Source of the DNA: Eledone cirrhosa
Lineage: Eukaryota
DNA: 64,000 bases
NCBI GenBank assembly: GCA_964016885.1
Contig: CAXHJY010000462.1
Span: 62,001-126,000 of the forward strand
Direction of reading: 5' to 3'
This document shows, piece by piece, positions 13,431 through 24,689 of this stretch (positions are counted from its first letter, which is position 1; every line of letters begins with the position of its first letter). Below the pieces are notes generated by a model, which ran no database searches, had not been told where the DNA came from, and saw only the letters and a program-made list of their open reading frames with translations. The position numbers and the translations under genes are program-made.

Positions 13431-15189
13431 GAGGACACATTTTGGACCCGTAAAAACACGCCCAATAATTTCGACGTTACAGTGGGTTCGAGTGATTCGG
13501 CCCAGGTTACTGATCTTGTTGGGTTGTTCCTCCTTAATGAACTATATGCTACCTTCCCGCACCTTATAGGCGGACTATATCGTGATGATGCATTGTTTGT
13601 AATTAACTCTAGCACCAACAATGTAGAACATAATAAGAAGAAGCTTTATAAGTTTTTTTAAAAGCTATAACCTTTCGATCTCGATAGATAGAAATGATAG
13701 AGCGGTTAACTTTTTAGATGTGACTTTGGACTTGGTCACTAATAGTTTTAAACCCTTCCATAAGCCTAATGAAATACTTTCTTATGTTAGTCCCAATTCT
13801 AACCACCCCAAGTCTATGATAAGCTCTATAATTAAGGGTGTATCTAATAATATTTCCACACTCTCTAAGGACGTAGGAACATTCAATGAGCATGCGGAGT
13901 ACTATAATAATGCCCTAGCAAATTCAGGTTACTCTAGTAAAATACACTATAATAATAGTAACCTTAGAAAATCTCCGTCTACTTTTAATAATAGTAACAT
14001 AATATCACATAACATGGCCATGAATGGGAGTAGCAAACATAGTAACCGTAAAAATTATATAGGTGTATCTGAACCCATCCATAAGTTAACCCACCGGACT
14101 CGTAATAGTGAGTGTAATACCTCTAGGAAACAAGTTGAACCCCCTGAGCGCTCACACATTGGTGATAATTTTGCTGGATCTTATTCTAATAATATTGCCC
14201 CTACTGATCCTATCATTGGCCCTAATCCTTATGATGGGATTCCGGACAGCAGCGGATCTACTGGAGGTAGAAACTGTAATAGACTTAATGAAATTTTGGC
14301 TGATTCTATGAATGCGGCTTTAACTTATCCTTGTAGTAACCCTAGTCTCGATGGTGGGATATTTGATAATGGTAGAGTCGGTAAGAATAAAAATAGAAGG
14401 CGATTAAATACTTATTTTAACCCGCCATATAATCAGGAAGTATCAACTAATATCCCTAGGTCTTTCTTCTCTATCTTAGAGAAAAATGTCCCCCCTTCTC
14501 ATAAATACCATAGTATTTTTAATAAAAATGTTATTAAACTTTCCTTCTCTACCGCCCCTAATATTAGTTCTCATTTAGCTAGCACTAACAATAGGAAAAT
14601 TAGGGATGGATTCTCCTCTCTACATACTACTAGTCTGAACAGATCTGGCAATGCATTACCACCAGAACAGTCCTTATCTAATAGCAATCCTACGTGTAAT
14701 GCATCACCACTCGAGCCAACCAATAACACCCGAAAGTGCAATTGTAGAGTGAGTGCTAACTGCCCTTTAAACGGTAACTGCCTTTCTAAGAATATTGTCT
14801 ATGCTTGCGAAGTTATAACTAATTCCTCTAATAGAACTTATATAGGCTCTACATCTAACACTTTTAAGACTAGGTTTAACTCTCATATCTCTAATTTCAA
14901 GCATGTTAAGTTTAAGAATTCTACTTCTTTAGCACATTATATCTGGGATCTTAAGGGAGCTAATATACCACATAGCCTTAACTGGCGTTTAGTAGCACGC
15001 TCTAACCACCTTTCTACACATACTAAGTTTTGTAATCTCTGTATCCTCGAGACACACTCTATAATCTTCTCTAGCGCATCCTTACTTAATAGAAAGTCTG
15101 AGATATTCTCTTCTTGCCTCCACGCTATTTCTAATTCATACTTTTATTATAAACCTAAACGTTCTAGTAGTACAAATTGTACCCATTAG
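13431..15189 (+). pseudogene. PLE RT-thumb-GIY-YIG ORF, 5'-truncated, one frameshift in the T-run near 13655
   Basis: LYRDD, NFLDVTL, SNHP, CNCRVSANCPLNGNC, NIVY, YIGST, FKTRFNSH, CNLC, CLH. The 489-aa frame 13720..15189 is open. Confidence 0.9.
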
Positions 15190-17000
15190 CTGATATATTC
15201 CATTATTTATTTTTTAGTTTACGTTCTTTTGTTTGCCAACATTATTATTATCATCATTATTATCATTGGTTTTTGATGACTCTTTATTCTAGCTCTCATA
15301 ATCTTTTGGCTACTGTACCATATCTATCTTCTTACGCATTAAATTTTCACTATTACACCTTATGAATGTATATAAGACTATATATTTTACGCTATTTATT
15401 TTATTTTATTCTTATTTTTATTTTAATTTTTATTCGGACTCTTCTTTGGAACCCCCCCCCCCCCCCCCGTGCGCACATAAACTTATTATCAACCCCTACA
15501 AATTGACTATGATTATATTTACGCCCCCCCCCCCCTACTTCTTTTACGCTCCTTTCTATTATGAAATATAGTATATCGACTATTTTTGATGCCCCTTTGC
15601 ATCCTCCATATATCTCTTCATTTCTGTCCCTATTAGCCTACCTTAATTCTGCCTAAGTCAGTTTTTTAGATATCGTTATGTATATGATAGTAAAAAATTT
15701 TCATTCCTTTTTGTAAACATTTGTAACGAAATATTAACATTTATAAAATTTAATGACTTAAACTATAGCTAATATTATACTGCCTTATTGGATAGTTTAA
15801 ATATTTTTAATATTAATTTATCCAATAGGGTTTTTGAGTCATTTACAGGGGTTGTTTCCTTAGTTTTTACTTAACTACTTAACTGCATGTGAGACCTAAA
15901 CGTATACGTTTGTTTTTGTTTTTTAATTTCCGGTTGATTCCATTTATTTATTTTATTCTATATTTTATATTTTATATTTTATTTGTAATACTACTGTGCA
16001 TTATATTTACTGTCTGGCACTTACTCACTCATCCATATACATGTCTGTCTACCAACCTTGTAATTATAAGTAATTATATATTATATTATGTTAATTTATT
16101 TTGTATAATATATTATATTATATTGTATTTTTTTATTGTAATATTGATCCTTATTACTTACCCTTAATTATATGTAACATTATGATATGTTAAACTTTAT
16201 ATATCATGTAAGATGTTTGTACTTTTGTACCATCAAAATATTTTTTGGGGTATTGTACAATTTATTTTTTCCTCACCTACTCTGTAACCCAGTATGAATT
16301 GATTTGTTAACTTGAGCACCATTATATATTGTTTATTATAAATGTTAGTATATTGTATATTATAAATGTTATTATATTATTATTATATTATTATTGTGAC
16401 ATCTATATTGTTTGTGTAAATTAACCGGAGATCATCTATTCTATTATATTGTATTATATAGTATATAATTGTATTATTTATTATTTATTATATGTGCTAC
16501 TTATAATTATATCATATTATTACCTCATGTATATTGGGTAGATGTATTAGTAGTATTATTATTATTTTCATTCCCATCATGCTTATTTTTATATTCAAAC
16601 TCTTGATAAGGTTTAATTTGTGCAGTTGAAGATGGATGTGTGTATTGTTGTATGTGTATGTGTGTGTACGTGTGTGCACATATATGCTTATTGTACCTTT
16701 TGATATTTATTGTAATTTCAATGTTGGTAAAGGTATATTATATTATATTATATTATATTACATTGTATTATATATAATTTCCTGCTCTATATAACCACCT
16801 TTGTTTAGCTCTAGGTTTTTTTTTGCTTTGGACTATATTTGTAATATGGTTCTTAATGTTATATACATCCTTAGTAATTTTTATTATATATTTTTATTAT
16901 TTTTATTATATATTTTTGCAATACTTTAGTGTATGTACACTCCATATTCTTCGGAGCTTCCGGCTTGTATCTGCCGATATTACTTCGTGTTGTTTTAATT

Positions 17001-17038
17001 GCCCTGATGAGTCCTTAATAGGACGAAACATTGTCGGC
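17001..17038 (+). ncRNA. Minimal type I hammerhead ribozyme in PLE pLTR (identical inverted copy at 13363-13400, minus)
   Basis: gcc-CTGATGA-gtcct-taat-aggac-GAAA-cattg-TC-ggc followed by AATAAA. Canonical core, GUC triplet. Confidence 0.9.
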
Positions 17039-17240
17039 TAATAAAGACTTTTGATGTATTGTAGGCTTCTTTGTTTTACTCTCTTAATTTCTTGGCTCTG
17101 TTTAACTACATTGAGCTATACCTTTTACTGTCATTTCTATAATACGAAGAGGGTGTTTAACTCCAACACGCTCCAGTATTTTAACCCTTATATATATATA
17201 TATACTCATAGATACACACACACCTTAATTTCATTATATA

Positions 17241-17420
17241 CTAGCAGAATGGCCCAGCGTTGCTCAGGCTTCTAAACATAGATTGGCATGTTTATCCCTC
17301 CTTTCTGAAACAGTACAGAGAAGTACGGAATACCTCGGCCTGGGGATGGTGTCTACATGTTGTGCTTATAAAAAAAATTCGTCGGGTTTAAGTTTTATCG
17401 ACTGAAACAGGTACTTAAAA
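17241..17420 (-). mobile_element. Helitron 3' end remnant
   Basis: Minus strand ends ...cctgagcaacgctgggccattctgCTAG|t. Same hairpin plus CTAG terminus as 60999-61025. The inner boundary is uncertain. Confidence 0.55.
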
Positions 17421-17679
17421 TTGTTTTTCTTTATTTTCTGAAATGTTTTTCTGATTTTCTATGATAAAATTGTATTAGCATTTTCTACCATTTTCTTATC
17501 TTCCTAATATATATCGACACGTGTGTCACTGGTCGACATTCGGGTTTCTCAATCCTTTGAGGACATTTGCATTAATGTGTATGTCATGAAAGAAGAGATT
17601 CATTTGAAGAAAATATTGCCGTGAATAATCTTGGGATGATTTTGACGCATTTAATCAATGCATCCGCCATTAGCTTGGA

Positions 17680-18520
17680 GGACAGATTCAATTCGAAGTA
17701 TGATACGTTGACATAACCGAAGCAGATGATAATTATCTGTTTTGGACACTGCACGAATTATGGTAGTCTTAGAAATTATCATAGTGTTATGGGGGCGTGT
17801 GTTTACTTATCTTTCGATTATGCCCGATACGCAGTAGTCCAGGGGATTCAGGGCAATAGAGTTAAGAGACAATATGTTTCAGTTCGTGATCGTAGAGATT
17901 GTAATATTCATTCTTGTGGCGTTTTGATCTTGTTAAATGGTTTTGAATTTTGTTGTGTACGTTCTTTCTTAGCTCACCCTTTCTATCCGAGGCCTCACAA
18001 TATTCCCAAACACTCTATTATAATCAGAAACATTAACTCTCAACCTGAGGAACGAAGTGAGGAAGTATGGCTCCCTGGCCCTACGGAATTGCTAGGAACT
18101 TTGTGTGCAAGACCGTTGGAACTGTTTTAGTGTTGCTCCATAACCGTCTGTCATTCCTTCAATTGACATTTTGGTCCTGATCAACGCTGTGATCATTAGA
18201 GAAAATGTAAAGCATTCCCTGCTCTCTGTGGTTCAGCTTGCTCAACATGCGCATCAGTCGGTTATCATTTTGTTTTGTAGACATGGGGTTTGTTCTCTAC
18301 AGTACAGTCGATGTCATTCATGCACAATTCTTCAGATCGTGTTTCTTAACAATGGCTGTTATTGAGTTTCTGGGTTTTTTATCGTATAATTTTCTGCATC
18401 TTTCGTGCAAATGTGTGGCTATCATGACTCTCAGTTTTCATTTAATCTTTGACGAAATTTGTAGTATTCCCATTTGTGTCTTCCAGCACTTTGCGGAATT
18501 TAATAACATACGAGCGTGTA
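17680..18520 (-). pseudogene. Decayed Tc1/mariner-superfamily (DD37D/maT-like) transposase
   Basis: Manual minus translation gives IFSNDHSVDQDQNVN*RNDRRLW, VPTVLHTKF and LNPLDYCVSGIIER*VNTRPHNT, with many stops. Confidence 0.7.
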
Positions 18521-18749
18521 ACTTTCACTATTCTCAGCATTTTAGTCAACGATGACAGCATGCCTTTACATTCGCTGAGTTAGCTTCATGTCTGTAAACA
18601 TTTATCGGAAAATGAAATGATAATCAAAACAAATGAAATAAAGTTTACAGGTATTATGTGTCGTGTCCTCAAATAACTGAGCAGCCCTGCATATAAACAC
18701 ACGTACATACACACACACACACAAACACGCACACGCACACGCACACACG

Positions 18750-18807
<58 letters not shown>

Positions 18808-18829
18808 TGTATATATATATACAGATATA

Positions 18830-18865
<36 letters not shown>

Positions 18866-18911
18866 AACACACGTACATACACACACACACAAACACGCAC
18901 ACGCACACACG

Positions 18912-18944
<33 letters not shown>

Positions 18945-19227
18945 GTATGTATATATATATATATACATATATATGTGTGTGTGTGTGTGCGTGTGTGCGT
19001 GTGCGTGTGCGTGTTTGTGTGTGTGTGTATGTACGTGTGTTTATATGCAGGGCTGCTCAGTTCTTTGAGGACACGACACATAATACCTGTAAACTTTATT
19101 TCATTTGTTTTGATTATCATTTAATTTTCCGATAAATGTTTACAGACATGAAGCTAACTCAGCGAATGTAAAGGCATGCTGTCATCGTTGACTAAAATGC
19201 TGAGAATAGTGAAAGTTACACGCTCGT
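18510..19227. repeat. Near-perfect fold-back inverted repeat, arms about 200 bp plus microsatellite
   Basis: 18510-18710 is the reverse complement of about 19030-19227. The centre is CA/TA/TG microsatellite. Confidence 0.9.
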
Positions 19228-19253
19228 TTGTTATATATATATATATATATATA

Positions 19254-19395
19254 ATACAAGGACGATTTGTTAAGGCTTCATTACGTTTATTGATTGGTGA
19301 GGCGCGTTTCGCTATTAATCAGCTCAAGGTTCGACCTGTATTTTTGTGGCCCGACTCTGGAATCAAAACCTCGTTGGACTTCTGCTGTAATAATG

Positions 19396-19460
<65 letters not shown>

Positions 19461-19671
19461 AATGATATATGAGCTGATTAATAGCGAAAGTTCTGCTGTA
19501 ATAATGATTGGATATATATATATATATCTAATCATTATTACAGCAGAAGTCCAACGAGACTTTGATTCCAGAGTCGGGTCACATCGATACAGATCGAACC
19601 TTGACCTGATTAATAGCGATACGCGCGTCACCAATCAATAAACGTAATGAAGGCTTAACAAATCGTCCTTG

Positions 19672-19675
<4 letters not shown>
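19254..19675. mobile_element. Inverted pair of a roughly 145-bp short interspersed element with an HHR-like 3' region (other copies about 10812-10925, 56266-56347, 62006-62085)
   Basis: 19254-19400 is the reverse complement of 19528-19675. Shared motif gatcgaaccttgagctgat.aatagcgaaacgcgcgtca..aatcaataaa. Embedded in (TA)n. Confidence 0.8.
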
Positions 19676-19706
<31 letters not shown>

Positions 19707-19871
19707 ATGTTGAAAAGGTAACACACCAGAGAGAGATATACAGTGCGCTATCAATAAAACAGGGAAAAAAACCTCCAGTGTATGGAATCTATAACCTATG
19801 AAAGGCAGACTATAGACACGATAATTAAAAATATGAATTAAAGCGTAAATAAATACCTCTATAACTATATA

Positions 19872-19965
19872 ACACACGTACAAATCCAAAGATACTAATC
19901 CAAAGATATGTTTCACCAGTAATTTGTTGAAAGAAATGGGTTAGCCTCGGTTCATTAGCGTGTGT
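19872..19965 (-). ncRNA. Type I HHR, mutated copy (core CUAAUGA, G5A)
   Basis: Same fold as 20388-20481 with one core substitution. Confidence 0.7.
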
Positions 19966-20387
19966 AAGGCTATAAATTTCAGACAACACTAAGCGAATTT
20001 TAAAAGTGACTGTCCAGCTACACGTGGTGGCCTCTGAGGGACGAACTGCTAGAAATGGCAGCCCAAAGCCACTCAGAGAAGTGTGCTCAACCAAAGAGAG
20101 ATAGGAAAGACTGTTATTAGGAGCGAAATATCACGATAAATTAACGGAGGCATAGGCCCTCGCTATTCCCTGTAAATAATGTGCTCAAAGGAGAAGAAAT
20201 CCTGAGCTCTTTAAAACACAATATGTTGAAAAGGTAACACACCAGAGAGAGATATACAGTGCGCTATCAATAAAACAGGGAAAAAAAACACCAGTGTATG
20301 GAATCTATAACCTATGAAAGGCAGACTATAGACACGATAATTAAAAATATAAATTAAAGCGTAAATAAATACCTCTATAACTATATA

Positions 20388-20481
20388 ACACACGTACAAA
20401 TCCAAAGATACTAATCCAAAGATATGTTTCACCAGTAATTTGATGAAAGAAATGAGTTAGCCTCGGTTCATCAGCGTGTGT
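20388..20481 (-). ncRNA. Type I hammerhead ribozyme with extended stems II and III
   Basis: acacacg-CTGATGA-accgag...ctggt-GAAA-catatc...gatttg-TA-cgtgtgt. Perfect 7-bp stem I, canonical core, GUA triplet. Confidence 0.85.
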
Positions 20482-20786
20482 AAGGCTATACATTTCAGAC
20501 AACACTAAGAGAATTTTAAAAGTGACTGTCCAGCTACACGTGGGAGAGAGAAGTCACAGCGTGTTTAAGGGCAATGAACCAGTGGCTTCTGAGGGACGAA
20601 CTGCTAGAAAGGGCAGCCCAAAGCCACTCAGAGAAGTGTGCTCAACCAAAGAGAGATAGGAAAGACTGTTATTAGGAGCGAAATATCACGATAAATTACG
20701 GAGGCATAGGCCCTCGCTATTCCCTGTAAATTGAGCACATTATCTACAGGGAATAGCGAGGGCCTATGCCTCCGTTAATTTATCGC

Positions 20787-20863
<77 letters not shown>

Positions 20864-20882
20864 GGCGGAGAGATATAACTTC

Positions 20883-21728
20883 GGTCGTTTCGTCACTCAA
20901 TAATCTAATTAAGTTCATATTATTAAAATTCACACCCAAATTATTAGATTGCACACATATGTTAATCAATGAGGAAGACGACTTTCAGTAGGTAAGAAAA
21001 TTGAGATACCCTGACCGATGCATGTGTTTCTACGAGTCCGATCTGCTGGCAGCGTTCCAAGTAGAACAACCATGTGCAGAAAATTAGGTAATGTTAGAAT
21101 ACATTACGTAATTTGGCGGGGAAACCTCCCTGTAATGGAATGTTCCATACGGCTTGCTAATAGATCCTATTGCATGTCGTAAGTGAATATAGTAGATCTC
21201 AAATTCTAGTGACGCCTGACCACACATCTTAGAGAATATGAGGCAGGCATAACCATTTACAAGGAACACACGTTGACAATTGATTCAAATTGAAAATATA
21301 TGACAATTCGAGAAGCACTCAACTAGGCTGCTTTTATATAGAAAACAAACACGTGGTAGCAAACAATAAATAAATTTAACTAGAATAAACTAAGTGAGAA
21401 AATTCAACTTACAATTTAAATGCAGTTTAGTCCCCTGGGATTTGAAATGATTAAAAGACGAAGCTTACGCAATCGTATGGACATAGCCTTGGTCGTTTCC
21501 TCACTCAGTTAATAATCTAATTAAGTCAGTATTATCAAATTCAAACCCAACTGATTAGAGTGCACACATACGTTATTCAGTGAGGAAGGCGGCTTGGAGT
21601 GGGTAGGAAAATTGGGATATACGGACCGATGCATCTGTTTCTATGATTCCGATCTGCTGGTAGCGTTCCATGTGGAATAACCAAGTGCAGAAAATTAGAT
21701 TATGTTAGTATACATTAGGTAAATTGGA
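20883..21728. repeat. Diverged direct duplication of about 235 bp (20883-21116 and 21491-21728)
   Basis: Both copies share ggtcgtttc.tcactca...aataatctaattaagt...tgaggaag...gaccgatgcat.tgtttcta...ccgatctgctgg...gtgcagaaaattag. Confidence 0.85.
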
Positions 21729-23071
21729 GAAGCTCTATGCACATTACAACCTCGGTTCATCTGGAGGTTAAAACGGACGACTGAGTTATTGAGAGTTAGA
21801 GTTAAATAGCTTGTTGTTAAGGACAGTTCAGGAAGCAGAGCATTAAAATTCATTATTTTAAAAATTCAAGATTATGAAATTCTATTTATTACATTATTTC
21901 TACGGTTTCAATACGGTTATAATATTACATGTATTTGCAAGACAGCTGGAAATGATTAGTTATCATACTGGTTACCTATAATCTGTATATCCTCAGAAAA
22001 TTATAAAGGAGGAAAATAAGTTTTACAATCCTCACAAGGTTTCAAGAACAATAAAACAATATAAAAAATATTAGTGTAGAGCAAGCAGTAAGATTAAAAG
22101 GGCATATTATGTAGATAGAATGTTTATGAAGTGATACAAGACTATAGGTTGAGATACAATAACTATATCACTATGTAGGAGCACCAATACAATTTTAATT
22201 TAAATTTAAGCCTGGACGGCGGCTACTGCTCCGTATCCCAATGAGTTTCATCAGTTCATAAACATAAGGAGAAATCTATAATATTCTAGCTTAATTCAGC
22301 TGCAGCAGAGAGATATGTTGTCTCGACAAACGCTAATAAGTGAGATGGTATCCTCGCGATTACTTACCCCTGTTACCCCTAGCTGAGGCTAGGTGCGTGA
22401 CGATAGTCACATCATTTAAATATTCATAGTGAAATGCCGATATATGCTTGTCGTATGTGTATATATTTACATGTCTATTCGTATATTCATAAACCTATAG
22501 TCATAAACATACTTAAATATACAATATACACCCCAGCTGACATTTATCGGAACACACCATAAAAAGGCAAACAATATATTATACCACCACTTGACACTTA
22601 TGTCCCGAATTCGATCTCACTGCGTGGAATCTTGAGTATGTGTTACCGTAGTTCCGGATCTATCCCACGCTTGAGAGTAAATTTGAGTAAGTGGCAAATG
22701 ATTATGTTAGCGTTGAATTATCTTCAACTGTTATTAGAAGAGCCTAGCTTGTCACAAAATGTCATGTAAACTCTCCTTTTTAACAATCACGATAAGTTTG
22801 ACACCTCTGTGGTAGGCTCAATCACATACGCGTTAATGTCATGAACAGACTGTTTCGTTGATCAAACAACTGGAATACTCACCGTCCAAACCGACAAACA
22901 TGCCTCGAATGCATTACAAATATATAATTCTGTTGAAAGTAAACGAAATATCTCCCATTCAGCGGGCCGAAATGTATTTACATAAATAAATCATATTTAG
23001 TAAGCTCGCTGAGAAACATTTTGAACAGGTGAAATTGACTGACTTATGGATGTTCAACTACATAAAAATAA

Positions 23072-24357
<1,286 letters not shown>

Positions 24358-24358
24358 T

Positions 24359-24395
<37 letters not shown>

Positions 24396-24468
24396 CTGTG
24401 TGTGTGTGTGACGGGTTATACCAAATAATGTTGAAACAGCTGTTTTGCTTACATAATTGTATTTATAG

Positions 24469-24553
24469 CATTATACGTATTTCAATGAGATGGTGAGTAG
24501 TAATTATGCAATGGTTACACCTTTAATAGTCACTAATAGGATATCATCAGATG
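24469..24553 (-). ncRNA. Orphan HHR-like motif, stem II poorly paired
   Basis: cat-CTGATGA-(about 60 nt)-GAAA-tacgta-TA-atg. Palindromic stem III, AUA triplet. Confidence 0.45.
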
Positions 24554-24689
24554 TTAACATAATTACTTGAAGTATTTATATTGATATATTGATATACCGC
24601 CGGTAAATTGGTACCATCTTCTGTAAAGCGAGTGATCATATTTTAAAGATAGATAGAGTGAGAGTAAGATGAGAGGGGGTAGACAGGTA

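Larger units (their letters stand above)
13314..17189 (+). mobile_element. Penelope-like retroelement, 5'-truncated with inverted pLTR piece, C-terminal GIY-YIG, CxCx5C linker (probably Hydra-type clade)
   Basis: 13314-13430 is the reverse complement of 16971-17087. RT motifs FDVTVGSSDSAQVTDLVG and LYRDD start at 13431. Flanked by (TA)n. Confidence 0.9.
19702..20788 (-). mobile_element. Non-coding tandem dimer (516-bp period) with one HHR per unit and a terminal inversion, retrozyme/non-autonomous PLE-like
   Basis: Units start at 19702 and 20218. 20731-20788 is an inverted copy of about 20132-20188. (TA)n on both sides. Confidence 0.85.

Noticed and set aside
21011-21120. Duplicated coding exon
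   Set aside because: The frames I examined contain stops in one or both copies.
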